This document shows positions 40,616 to 52,288 of a DNA stretch of 64,000 nucleotides, one piece after another (the first letter of the stretch is position 1; each line of letters opens with the position of its first letter). The notes under the pieces were generated by a model. It was not told the origin of the DNA. It saw nothing but the letters and a program-made list of their open reading frames with translations, and searched no databases. This stretch comes from Novakomyces olei (taxonomy: Eukaryota), in NCBI GenBank assembly GCA_016906335.1, contig JADEYG010000001.1, forward strand, positions 372,001 to 436,000. The letters are read 5' to 3'. Made by a program: the position numbers and the translations under genes.

Positions 40616-43606
40616 TCAACCCAACGTACTCGGATCAGCACCCTCTGCAAGTGTTCCATGAAGCATGGACTCAGACTCCTCACTTGCTCTCGAGGCAGCC
40701 TCTTCCTCCTCTATGGACTTTAGCATCTCCTTTGCAATATCGGGAGCCACGGAAGAAGTCTCGTACCGTGTAACGAACTCGACTGCTCCCTTCTCTTCCA
40801 TTTCTTTGACCACACTCGGGTCGAGAACGTTGCCATTTTCATCACGAAACTCCACTTTCTCAATAGCCGTCATTGACTCCCGTGTGCTTTCTTTTGGTGT
40901 GACCTTGTTACGCGCCTCCAGTTCTGCGACATCAATCTTCTCGCCAGGTTCTGCTCCGTTCAAATCGCGTTTAACCGGCTCCTCGCTGCTCGTTGCAGTA
41001 GCGGAAACGGGTGGTGTCCAATGAGAATACTCTTCAAAAGTCTCAAAAAAATTATCACACGTAAAATCCCAGCGCGGCATTAGTCGCGCCTGCACACACT
41101 TTGATTGGGTCCACGGGTCGCCGTACGCAAGTGGCGAAATTACACTAAAGCTGTATATAACAATGGACGCAAACAACAGCAAAATCCCAACTACACGCGA
41201 CGATTTCTGCGTAACATAACCAGCCAAAATATCCCACGTATGAGCGAGCGCTAAAATGGCAAAATAAAGAGCGGGTAAGTAATGATGCAGGAATAATTGC
41301 CGCTGCATTAAAAAAAAGGGGAAAAAATGTGTGGCCCAGGCGAGGACGTTGGTTCCCACTGCGTAATGTAGCTGCTGCACGACTGGCCAGTCGGCGACGG
41401 GGAACCCTCGTTGCCAGGCGAGCAAGGAGAGCAAGGCAATCGCGGAATAAATTGCTATTATTGCCGTTGAAGACCACCAGACAATAGGGTTGCCAAGCAG
41501 GTAGATCTGCCTATGGTTCTTTACCCAAAAGTTTATGCCACGTTTCAGCAACGGCCACGTCTGAGGACGGGACTGGTAAACGTGGCTCTCTACCAAGTTC
41601 TTGTTTGTTACCCACATGACCCTGTTTAGTTCAATAAACTTGGCAATGAACCCAGGTTTTTTATAGTTTATCTTTTCCTCATAGTCGATTTCACTCAACG
41701 ACTCGTCTCCCACAGCTTGGCCTTGAGAGCCAGGCAAATCGTTTGTCTCAATGTACCATATACTATTGGGCACAGTGCCGCCCGTTGCGCACGTCACCTC
41801 CTGCTGGCCGTACCCCCAGCTGGGCAGCTTGACGTTATGGGAGAAAAGAGCACAGCCAGTGAGCGGATGGATCAGTCGGAACTTTGTATCAATGGCCCTA
41901 ACCCTAGACTGAGCAGGTCCAGGAGCCGATTTCTCCCGATCGATCTCCACACGGAACCAATCGTTCGCATCGCCCTCGAAACCGGCGTAGCCGTACGCAC
42001 TCACCTCGTTTTGGTACTCCACCTCTGTAACTGGCGGTCTGACGTCATGGCTGTGTAATCGGCGGCGGGTTACAATATGCTCGAGCCTGATAATGGCTCC
42101 GTCAGGGATATAGCGCAGCGGTGTACCGTCATAGTCGTAGTCCGTCTCGTTTTGCAGCTGCCATACATTATTCTCATCGTGATGAGGGTACAGTGTTACT
42201 TGCTGCTGGCTACTGCCTCCAGGGTAAGTGTGCTCGTGGCTGTGTAAGTAACCGCCCTGCGTGTTCCAATGACGCAAGGCAATCCTCGAGCCAAAGGCAA
42301 CATTGGCGGGCGTATCGTCCATGCGCTTATGGTTCAATGTGCCCTGGAAAGCAGGGCTCATAAATCCATCACCATCGCCCGGGTTTACAAGGCACACAAA
42401 GAGAATGGCAAACATGCCCACGTAGAACGCGGAGGGAAGGATGACTAAGCCGGCAAATCTAGCCGCGAAATGCCAAGTGAAATCGCGGATTGTTACGCGT
42501 TTCGTGTCGCCCAGCAACCGCCATAGCTGGTACACTGTTTGAAGGCCCACCCAAGCAATGGTAAAGAGCCCGACCCATTTAATACTGACGGTGGCCCCAA
42601 GGAAAAGGCCAGTAGAGAGCAGCCAGGCCCACCATGAGCGAGAAAAGGCGGGCTGAGCTTGCTCAAAGGCCCGGAAACTAAGAGCAGTTGCTGCTGTCGT
42701 AAATACCAATGGCGAGTCTAGAAGGATGAGTCGCGATTGCGTTACTAGAGCATTTTCAAATATCAGAGCAACGGCGGCTAATCCTGCGCCAGCTATTGAT
42801 CCTCCACTAACGCGTACAGTGAAATAAGCAATCGGAATTGTAAAGACGCCAAGGATTGCGGGGAAGAGTCGCATTGCCACATATGGCACATTGTCGGCCA
42901 AGTAGTCGCTGCAATTAGTCGGTGTACACAAAAGGGATTGGCACTTGGAGAATAAAGTGGTGTTTAATAGCGATAATGAAAGGAATTGAAAGGGATATGA
43001 AAAATGATGTTGGATTTTTTCAATGAATAATTGTTTAAATTTATTCTGGTTGATAAACAACGCATATTCATTCAAAATCACGATATAAATGTAGTACATA
43101 CTCGGAGGGAAAGAAGGGAAAAATAAGGGAAAAAGAAGGGATAAGGGAAAAGAAGGAACAAAGGAACAAAATTGTTAATCAGCAGTACTTACGATCCAAT
43201 CTCTGCAAAATCGAAATTGCCGCGGAATCCCGCCGCGTAGCCGACTAGAGCAATAAGCATTTTAGCGAGAGGCGGGTGCACGTCCATGAAGAATTTGCCC
43301 TTAATGTACCTTTAGAACAGTTAGATTGGTTCAATGAGATAATTGAAAAAAGTCGTCTTTTGCAGGACACAAATCTTACTTTGTTGCAAAGCCGCCAAAG
43401 TGGACCTCGTCGAAAACGACACTGGTTGGCTCCCAAATACGGTACAGTCTCACAATAGAAGCAATTGCTGTGAGAAAAGCAGCAATCTTCCAATCGCGTA
43501 CCGACGCGCCCAGAATTGTACGCTTTCCGTGCGCCCAAATATCGATGTCATTGACGCGTGCCGCGCGACGCGCAGATTTTACTTTGGCCCCAACTTTTTC
43601 ATCCAT
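40616..43606 (-). CDS. PMT1: Dolichyl-phosphate-mannose protein O-mannosyltransferase, PMT1 subfamily, 3 exons
   Basis: Exons 43606-43380, 43309-43193 and 42908-40616. VVFDEVHFGGFA, FFMDVHPPLAKML, MIR domains (YLHSHEHTYPGGSSQQQVTLYPH, PMT1-type), QIYLLGNP, RQLFLHHYLPALYF. Confidence 0.9.
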
Positions 43607-43781
43607 TGTGAGGTGGACGAGGGTGATCGTCCTCTGCTCGATATAAATAAATACGTGTAGCGTAAATTATAAAAATACGAAATGCAGTTTAATTGCGAGA
43701 TATTTCACATACTACTGTCGTTTTAACCATATTATAATGTTGCTAAAACACTGACTTTATTTCAGTAACAACAATAATATT

Positions 43782-43861
43782 ATTTTATTATATTATATTA
43801 TATTTTATTTTATATTATATTATATTTTATTTTATTTTATTTTATTTTATTTTATTTTATT
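43782..43861. repeat. Compound (TTATA)n/(TTATT)n pentanucleotide tract in the PMT1-RQC2 divergent promoter
   Basis: Direct read of AT-only repeats. Confidence 0.8.
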
Positions 43862-44020
43862 AATTTGAATATGTATATGTTATGTGTATTAAATTTATCT
43901 ACGGTCAATGGTAATAGAATTTCAATTAATTGTTGTTTTAAATTTATTTTTGTTTTATTTTATTTATTTTATTTAATTTAATCTATTTTATTTGTTTTAT
44001 TCTTTCTTGATCCACTAGTC

Positions 44021-47000
44021 ATGAAGCAGCGGTTTACGACGGCCGATGTGACTGCGGCCGCGGCAGAACTCGGTCCGCGTATCGAGTCGGCGTATTTGCA
44101 AAACATCTACAATGTGAATGCGCGTACTTTGCTCTTCAGATTTAGCAGCAAATACAATGTGGTAGTGGAGTTGGGGATGCGCTTTCATTGGACGCATTTC
44201 GAGTCTGCAAAGCAGGCAATGCCGTCGGGTTTCGTCATGAAACTGCGTAAGCATTTACGGTCGCGACGGTTGACAAAATTTGAGCAGCTTGGAGGCGATC
44301 GTGCGCTTTTACTGACCTTTGGAGGAGGCGAGAATCAGGCTGATCCCGACCGGACGTATCATATTTTGCTAGAGTTTTTCGCTGCTGGCAATATTGTGCT
44401 GCTCAATGGGCACAGACGGGTCTTGTCCCTGTTCCGTATTGTAACCAGCCTGCAGGAGCAAAGGTACACTGTCGGAGCAATCTTCGATTTGGATCGGTTG
44501 CGTGTGCCTCGACACTCTTACGAAAGCAATACAATTGAGGCCGTTAATGAAGCTCTGCTGAGTCTGACGGTCGATAATGCTGTACAAGGCGCGGAGCCTG
44601 GTACCGGCTCTGTCACTACGGCCAAGAAGAAAAAGAAGCAAAAGCTTACACTGAAAAAGGTACTGGCCCAGGCTTTCCCTCAATTAGGTCCCAATTTTAT
44701 CGATTGGGTATTGGCAGATTTGCAGGCTGACGGTGGTGCGATAGAGCCCTCTGCACTGCAGGATCCCAAGTTCAATTCACAGCTATTGTGCACCAGGCTG
44801 GCGCGGGCTCATGAAATGCTTCAGCAGTGTGCCTCTGGTACGACTGCGGGTTATATTACCTGTGAGGGTGAGGGCAATAGCCAGTACCAGGACTATCTCC
44901 CGTTCGACTGGAACCGGGATAACGAGTCTTGCAAGAAATCAGAAATCGCCTTTGATACTTTTAACGATGCAGTAGACAATTTCTACTCTAAAATTGAATC
45001 ACAAAGGCAGCAAGTATTGGCCCAGCAACATGAGGACTTGGCCGCTCGGCGCTTAAATGCAGCTCGAGAAGAGCACCTCAATCGCGTAAATGCTCTGCAG
45101 TCTCAGCAGGGCCTAAACTTTGTAAGGGCTCAGTATATCGAGGATAATTTAGAGACCGTTGACGAAGCAATCAATGCGATAAATACCCTGGTTGAACGGG
45201 GATTGGACTGGGTGGATATTGAACGGTTAGTGGCCGCTGAAAAACAATATCAGAATCCTGTTTCCGAGATCATTTGTCTTCCTCTTGATCTGGCGAAGGA
45301 GACTATAACCGTTGAGCTAAAGCCTGCCTCTGCAGAAGATAACAATGGGCGAAATACATTGAGCGATCAAGAATCCGGACAAGAATCTGATAGCGACCAG
45401 GATCAAGATAAAGAAACTAAAGACGAAATGGGTGCAGGCAACCCGGATTCAATGGGAAAACTGCGGATCGAACTCAAACTAAAGCAGTCTGCTTGGGCAA
45501 ACGCAAGAGACTATTACGAAAAACGTCGTGAGCTCGCTGCGAAACAAGTTCGCACGGAAGCTTCGTCAGAAGTTGCTCTCAAGTCTACTCGTCGCCGGGT
45601 CGAAAAAGATTTAAGTAAGCAACGTAAAGAAGAAGCAAGGCCTTTACGTGCAGTAAGAACTCCGTTTTGGTTTGAGAAGTTTTACTGGTTTATATCTTCT
45701 GATCGTTATCTCGTGATCGGAGCAAAGGATAAATTGGGAGCAGAAATGATGGTGCAAACCTATATGCTACCTGGTGACAAATACGTTTGCGCCGATCTTG
45801 AGGGATCTAGTCACGTACTGGTGAAAAACTGTCAAAACCCTTCTGCTGCAGTTCCGCCTGCTACTCTATCACAAGCCGCAATATTAAGTATTGGCACTTC
45901 TCGAGCCTGGGAGGCAAAAATTGTTACTAGTGCCTGGTGGGTAGATCATGACCAAGTATCCAAAAGGGCTGCTTCAGTAATGAAGGATATTTTGCCTGCC
46001 GGAGAGTTTAATATCCTTGGAGAAAAGAATTTTTTGCCCCCTTCAAATCTGGTTTTTGGGTTGGGAATCATGTTTCTTTTACGGGGAGAAGGGACAGAGG
46101 AGGAAGTAAATGAGGGAAAGGAAGTAGACCAAGAAGAAGTGCAATGTGGAGAGGTGTCTACACAGCAAATGGAGCAAGACATAGACCGACAAAATAATGA
46201 TACCTACGGGACAGAGGCTATAGAAAGCGATAATTTGCCAGTGCACGATAATACAGAGGTTGATTCTGTACGTCCGAATCCAAAAGAGACGAGTTATGTC
46301 GCCACGGCAGGGTCTGCTGCTGCCGACGATCTGGAAAACCCTGATGAGGAAAGTCCTAAAGAACATTCCAACGGAGACACCGCGGGGTTTCAAGAAAGCC
46401 CCCAACACTCTGATGGAGAAACTCTCGATGTTCAAGAAATCCAGGAAAGCGAGACGAGCACGGAGACTGGAACTGCTGTATTTGGCAAGCAGGTAGGTAA
46501 AGGGCCCCGATCAAATCAGTCTTCTGCGCAACCACCAAAGAATGTGAGAGGCAAGAAAGGCAAGTTGAAGAAGCTTGCAAAATACGCCAATCAAGATGAG
46601 GAGGATCGAATTGCGAGCCTCAAGCTTCTTGGAGTCATAAATGTCAACAGGGAAGAACAGGAACAGAGAAAGAAAAAAGAGCTTGAAGCCGCTGCTGAAA
46701 AGTCAAAGGCAAACAAGGAGAGGGCTTCTCGTATACGAACAAAACATGAACGTGCTGCTATGGCAACCGAGGTCAGCAATGTGGATTTAGATGTTGCCAA
46801 AGCTCGTGCCGAAGATTTAAAGGTTCCCTTTGATTTAATGACGGGCGAGGTGCCCAAAGAGCTGGATACAGTTGCGCATGCAATTCCCGTATTTGCGCCT
46901 TACCAGGCATTGTCGCGATTCGATATTAAAGCAAAAATTCAGCCGGGCCAAACGAAAAAGGGCAAAGCTGTGCGGGAATGCTTGAGCTTTTGGCTCGATC

Positions 47001-47200
47001 GGATGGGCCTTTCAAAGGACGTGAAGGCTCTTGTTGGAGGCATTAAAGATACCGAATTTTATGGAGGAATTGCAGTGAACAAACTCAAGATAACGACACA
47101 GAAAACTGGGGACAACAATGCTGCTAAGGCGGCCGTGAAGGGGTCAAAATTTACGAACCCTAGATCGAAACTTTACGTGGATCCGGATTTGTTGGACTAG
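44021..47200 (+). CDS. RQC2: Ribosome quality control subunit Rqc2/Tae2 (NEMF)
   Basis: MKQRFTTADV, PSGFVMKLRKHLRSRRL, LEFFAAGNIVL, WFEKFYWFISSD (NFACT-R), RGKKGKLKKL..YANQDEEDR, IPVFAPY...KIQPG..KKGKA. Confidence 0.95.
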   Translation: MKQRFTTADVTAAAAELGPRIESAYLQNIYNVNARTLLFRFSSKYNVVVELGMRFHWTHFESAKQAMPSGFVMKLRKHLRSRRLTKFEQLGGDRALLLTFGGGENQADPDRTYHILLEFFAAGNIVLLNGHRRVLSLFRIVTSLQEQRYTVGAIFDLDRLRVPRHSYESNTIEAVNEALLSLTVDNAVQGAEPGTGSVTTAKKKKKQKLTLKKVLAQAFPQLGPNFIDWVLADLQADGGAIEPSALQDPKFNSQLLCTRLARAHEMLQQCASGTTAGYITCEGEGNSQYQDYLPFDWNRDNESCKKSEIAFDTFNDAVDNFYSKIESQRQQVLAQQHEDLAARRLNAAREEHLNRVNALQSQQGLNFVRAQYIEDNLETVDEAINAINTLVERGLDWVDIERLVAAEKQYQNPVSEIICLPLDLAKETITVELKPASAEDNNGRNTLSDQESGQESDSDQDQDKETKDEMGAGNPDSMGKLRIELKLKQSAWANARDYYEKRRELAAKQVRTEASSEVALKSTRRRVEKDLSKQRKEEARPLRAVRTPFWFEKFYWFISSDRYLVIGAKDKLGAEMMVQTYMLPGDKYVCADLEGSSHVLVKNCQNPSAAVPPATLSQAAILSIGTSRAWEAKIVTSAWWVDHDQVSKRAASVMKDILPAGEFNILGEKNFLPPSNLVFGLGIMFLLRGEGTEEEVNEGKEVDQEEVQCGEVSTQQMEQDIDRQNNDTYGTEAIESDNLPVHDNTEVDSVRPNPKETSYVATAGSAAADDLENPDEESPKEHSNGDTAGFQESPQHSDGETLDVQEIQESETSTETGTAVFGKQVGKGPRSNQSSAQPPKNVRGKKGKLKKLAKYANQDEEDRIASLKLLGVINVNREEQEQRKKKELEAAAEKSKANKERASRIRTKHERAAMATEVSNVDLDVAKARAEDLKVPFDLMTGEVPKELDTVAHAIPVFAPYQALSRFDIKAKIQPGQTKKGKAVRECLSFWLDRMGLSKDVKALVGGIKDTEFYGGIAVNKLKITTQKTGDNNAAKAAVKGSKFTNPRSKLYVDPDLLD

Positions 47201-48452
47201 GTGTACAAAATATTCGTACAATACGATTAAGATTGTATCTTAAATTAGATAGCATTTGTGTATATAAGTGTGGCATTCTCATCCAGTCGATTTCGCATTG
47301 TAGCTCGTGCCTAACCTGTTTTTGGTTCGTACATTATACAATTACGAGCAGGATTTGTAGCGGAAAAAATAAAAATAAACTCTTGTTATAAGGTTTGTAT
47401 CAGATTTGATGTTCAGCCATCAAAAATATATCGTATATTTTATAACAGCGCTTATATTCTCAGCGTACCAGCATTTAATACCATTATTAAATTAAGAAAA
47501 AAAGCAATAAGTGTAAACCCTTAGATTACTTGTAATTTGCGTATAAAATTGAAATCCTCGAATCTACGATCCTTTAGCGATTCGATCTTACTTTGCTTTT
47601 CCAAATTTGGACATTATGGAAATTATCAGCCAATAGGAAGTTTTAGCGAAATCGGTCCTCAAGATGACGTAAATTTAGAAGGGATGAAAAAGCCGTTGCT
47701 CTATGCTCGACTGCACGCCAATTCTTTTGCTTAATAATGCTTCGCTTCGATACTTGATTAGTGTACAATTGACGTTTTAGTTGCTTGTGTGATACTAATG
47801 ACTAGTCCTTTTTACATTGTTGCGTATTACGTATTATGCACCAGCCCACGTATGAGCTGAAAGTTTAAGAAGCTGGAAGTTTAAATCTGAAGATAAGAGA
47901 ATCGCGGAGTAATATTGCGGGTTGAGATAAACAAGAAACAAATAGATGAGAAACAAGAGTCTTGTACAGATCATACTGAAAGATCACAACCCTTATTGTG
48001 ATTCGTACATACGTCATATAAATTACGGCATATAAACGAAGGAGCTCCCCAAGACAGTCTTAGTAGCGGTCGGCAACCCTCATACATCACTGATAGACCG
48101 ACTTCCTTCACCGAGCGCGCTTTTGAGACTCTCAAAATCGGTACAAAAGTATTGATTTAGTCATTTTATAAGTTACCTTCTCCGATCAGAATTTGAGACT
48201 TTTGGGGGTATGATTGATAGAGCTTTTGGTCGATATGGCCGTCGGCTTTCTTGGACTCGTTCTCTATTTTTCCTCCTTTATTCGTTTTTTAATAATACAT
48301 GCTTTTCTTATTTGGCGTCTCGTCTATTCCCCGCGTGAGCTCTGTGGCCCGATAAATGTGGCCCATTCGTATTTGCTCTCCTCTTTCACACAAAATGCCG
48401 TTATCACCGCCTATTAATTATTTCAAAAGCATGCTGATGCACTAGTGCCGCT

Positions 48453-50159
48453 ATGGCGAACGCGGTATCAAACCAGCAGAGCCTTGAAAGGCCCGACCTT
48501 GGAACCAATGGCGACAGTGGACTGAGCCAGTACGTTGACCGGCGGCCTTCTTCGCCGGGCCAAGGCACTCGTCGGGGCAGCAGCCCCGGAAATGATAGTG
48601 TAAGTACCGATGGCGATGACGACGGGTCAAGTGGAACGGGAGAGATGGACGTTTACTCCCCCGATGAAAAAGGCCGAATCGTGCTTAACGAAGCCGATTC
48701 AATGGACGCCCTTGGATTTTGTTGGCCCTGGTGGAAGAAATGGACATTGCTTTCCTCTATCTTTATGGTGCAAATGAGTATGAATTTCAATACGTCTGTG
48801 TACCCAAATGTTGTTACGCCTATGGCCGAGCATTTCCATATAAGCGAGCAGGCAGCAAGAGTAGGGCAAATGATCTATCTCGTAGCTTACGCTTTTGGCT
48901 CTGAGCTCTGGGCTCCCTGGAGCGAGGAATTGGGTCGATGGCCGATCTTACAGTTGAGTCTTTTCCTTGTAAACGTATGGCAAATCCCTTGTGCTCTGGC
49001 TCCAAATTTCGGTACAGTCGTTGTCGGCCGCTTTCTCGGCGGCATTTCCAGCGCCGGTGGGAGCGTAACGCTGGGAATGGTGGCTGATTTGTTTCAGAAT
49101 GACGATCAGCAATATGCAGTCGCCTTTGTCGTTCTTTCGTCCGTGGGTGGAACTACTGTCGGCCCGATTTTTGGCGGGCTGATCCAGCAGCTCACGTCCA
49201 CGTGGCGCTGGAATTTCTGGATCCAGCTCATTATTGGTGGGGTTGTGCAGGCGATTCATTTCGCAATGCCTGAGTCACGTGCAACGATTTTATTGGACAG
49301 GGAAGCAAAAAGGCGAAGGCAAAATGGGGAAGAAAATGTGTGGGGGCCAAATGAAGTGAAACAAAATCGTTTTAGTATGAAGGAAATTGCCGTTGTTTGG
49401 TACAGACCGTTTGAAATGTTTTTCAATGAGCCAATTGTGCTTTGCCTGTCGTTGCTGAGTGGGTTCAGTGATGCTTTAATTTTCACATTTTTAGAGGGAT
49501 TTAATCCAGTTTTTGCGCAATGGGATTTCAATGTTATTGAAACAGGGCTGGCTTTTATCCCCATCCTAATTGGCTACGTTCTGGCTTACGCTTCGTTTTT
49601 GCCTTGGATCCACCGTGATCGAAAGATTCTGCGTCGTGATCCGGATGCCTTGCAACCGGAATCACGTCTTTTTTGGTTGCTATTCACGGCTCCACTAGAG
49701 ACAATTGGTCTTTTCGGGTTTGCCTGGACTTCGCTAGGTCCTCCACAAGTCCACTGGATTGCTCCCATGATATTTGCCTGTCTTATTGCCATTGCTAACT
49801 ATGCCATTTACATGGCAACAATCGATTATATGATTGCTTCTTACGGACCGTACTCTGCCTCTGCTACTGGAGGGAACGCCCTGGCTCGCGATTTCTTGGC
49901 GGGTATAGCGGCAATGTATTCGACTCCGTTTTATTCGAATATCAGCGGGTACACGTTGGAGTATCCCTCCACTATTCTCGCGTGTATCGCGTTTGTTGTC
50001 ACTGTTCCGATTTACGTTTTTTATTATAAGGGACCCGCTATTCGGGCCAAGTCTAAATTTGCACAGACATTGGCAAGTGATTTGAAGCAGAGCCGTGCCA
50101 AACACAGCAAATTGGAGGAGTCTAACCGGCCCAAGGAGGCTTTTATCGAGCGGCCATAA
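48453..50159 (+). CDS. MFS drug:H+ antiporter (DHA1 family), paralogue A
   Basis: 568-aa intronless ORF; WKKW, WAPWSEELGRWP, WRWNFWIQ, RPFEMFFNEPIV, PESRL, YSASATGGNALARD. Confidence 0.9.
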   Translation: MANAVSNQQSLERPDLGTNGDSGLSQYVDRRPSSPGQGTRRGSSPGNDSVSTDGDDDGSSGTGEMDVYSPDEKGRIVLNEADSMDALGFCWPWWKKWTLLSSIFMVQMSMNFNTSVYPNVVTPMAEHFHISEQAARVGQMIYLVAYAFGSELWAPWSEELGRWPILQLSLFLVNVWQIPCALAPNFGTVVVGRFLGGISSAGGSVTLGMVADLFQNDDQQYAVAFVVLSSVGGTTVGPIFGGLIQQLTSTWRWNFWIQLIIGGVVQAIHFAMPESRATILLDREAKRRRQNGEENVWGPNEVKQNRFSMKEIAVVWYRPFEMFFNEPIVLCLSLLSGFSDALIFTFLEGFNPVFAQWDFNVIETGLAFIPILIGYVLAYASFLPWIHRDRKILRRDPDALQPESRLFWLLFTAPLETIGLFGFAWTSLGPPQVHWIAPMIFACLIAIANYAIYMATIDYMIASYGPYSASATGGNALARDFLAGIAAMYSTPFYSNISGYTLEYPSTILACIAFVVTVPIYVFYYKGPAIRAKSKFAQTLASDLKQSRAKHSKLEESNRPKEAFIERP

Positions 50160-50725
50160 TGCGGTTTGTTCGTTATTGCGTAGGATTTCTTGTATATTAA
50201 TTTTTGGCGTACATGTAGAGTTTATTATAAGTACGAGTATATTTTATATTGTATATTATGCGTATGTTGTATATTATATATTATATATTAAATATACGTG
50301 TATATTTGTATATTATACCTGTGTATTGCATCTTTTGGCACTGAGATTACTTGGATACTGTTAAATGTTTGTTTTATACGTTTTATCACTGGAAATATAG
50401 TGCGTACAATTTGATGGAGTAATAATATCTATGTACGATTCTCCATCGTGTGCTGTCTTAGTTCAAATGCATTATTAATGTGCTGTATGTATATGTGAAT
50501 TCGCTTTACATAATATAATGGGCACCGAGCTCACTTTGTTCTATGCGCTTCACTTTCACGATATGAGAGACCTATTCGGCTACTGAAAGAGCGCTCCGTT
50601 CATCTTAAATTGATCGTATTTTTTGAGCACGTCAATGCTTGAATGTGCGTAAAGCTGGTGGCATTATCTACTTGCAATTTGAAGAGGCGATACCCGATTG
50701 AGCCGTTGAGACGAAAAGGCAAAGC

Positions 50726-52288
50726 ATGTTCCAAGACACAGATCCAGAAGCAGTTCGACTGCAACTGCTAGCAAATCCTCAAGTTCTAGCAGAGCTCAGA
50801 ACTGTACGTGCACATATATTTCCTTTACCTTTTGTCAAGTTTGACTGCTAATATCTCGTCAGACGCAGCCTGAACTAGCGGAAGCGGCAGTTAATAACCC
50901 CACTCGCTTTGCTGAACTGTTCAGCACTTTGGCGGAACAACGCCGGGACCACGATTTCGAACGTCAGCGACGAATTGTGTGTTTGACGTTTATTAATTAC
51001 TCTGCTGACCTTACAGATGGCTCTGAATGATGATCCTTTTAATATTGAAGCTCAGCAAGAAATTGAGGAAATGATCAGGTAGGCCGGTCTCGTTGGGTTG
51101 CTTGTCTCGTTCTTTTCACGCTGTCGTTGATTCTGAAAAGGGCTTTGCATACTTGAGCTTTTTGTGTCTTGTTGCTAATGCAATAGGCAAGAAGCAGTGT
51201 TTGAAAACTTGCAGCAGGCTATTGAATACAATCCTGAAGCTTTCGGACGAGTAATAATGCTCTACGTAAATGTACAAGTAAACGGCAGAGATGTAAAGGC
51301 TTTTGTTGATTCGGGTGCTCAGGCGACCATTAGTAAGTATTGGATGAAGGAGTTTTAATTGACTGATTAGTGTCGCCCGAATGCGCAGAACGGTGCGGGT
51401 ATGGACCTCTCTTGATTTCTGATTTGCAACATAAATTATTTACTATTATCAATGGTTTTTCAACTCGTCTTCTAACACGTCCACTGCCCTTGCCCTATAT
51501 ATTTTTTATTTTTTTTAATCATATTTTATTCGCCTTGTTTATTATTTATTCTGCTCGCTCCTTCAACCCAGGCTTACCCGTCTAGTATAATGCGATTGGT
51601 GGACAAAAGATTCTCGGGAATTGCAAGAGGCGTCGGTACGGCCAAGATTATTGGCAGAGTACACAGTGCCCCAATCAAAGTCGGAACAAGCTTTCTGGCG
51701 TGTAGTTTCACGATTATGGAGGTGAGTTGTTGCTATGCAATTAAGCTTATATTATCTTTTTATTCCCTGCTTCGTCTTATTATTCTTTGCTCTACTTTTT
51801 GTTTTATTGTCTTGCTGACAATGCAGAATAACCACGTCGACATGCTATTCGGTCTCGATATGCTTCGTCGTCATCAGGCCAAAATCGATCTGGAGAAGAA
51901 TGTGTTGAGCATATCTGGCAGCGAAGTGCCCTTCCTCGGAGAACATGAATTACCTGAGTCTGCTCGGCAGTTTGAAGGTCCAGGACCTGTTCAGCCTCCC
52001 GCTGTAGCAGGTTTAAATCCTTCTTCTTCGGCAGGCTCGGCTGCTGTTCCTTCCGCAGGAGTCACCTCTTCTGCAGGTGCTTCTTTTGGTGCAGGAGGCG
52101 GTCACCGGCTTGGTGGAGCGCCAGGAGCCCGTCAAGGTATTGCAGGCCACGCTGCTCGTTTGCCCCCTTCAGTGACAGAGGAAAATGTACAAAAATTAGT
52201 GGATCTCGGCTTTGATCGTCTAGAAGTTATACAAGCTCTAGAGGCAGCCAGTGGTGATGTGGACGCGGCCGCGTCTTTCTTGATGTAG
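50726..52288 (+). CDS. DDI1: Ddi1/Mud1 aspartic protease-UBA ubiquitin receptor, 7 exons
   Basis: Exons 50726-50803, 50863-50976, 51017-51078, 51187-51332, 51371-51398, 51586-51721 and 51827-52288. HDD region ([17 protein letters not shown]), [11 protein letters not shown], catalytic [25 protein letters not shown]-terminal UBA ([18 protein letters not shown]). Confidence 0.92.

Noticed and set aside
42909-43099. N-terminal extension of the 827-aa PMT ORF (MYYIYIV...)
   Set aside because: Falls within PMT1 intron 2; the true N-terminus comes from upstream exons starting at 43606.
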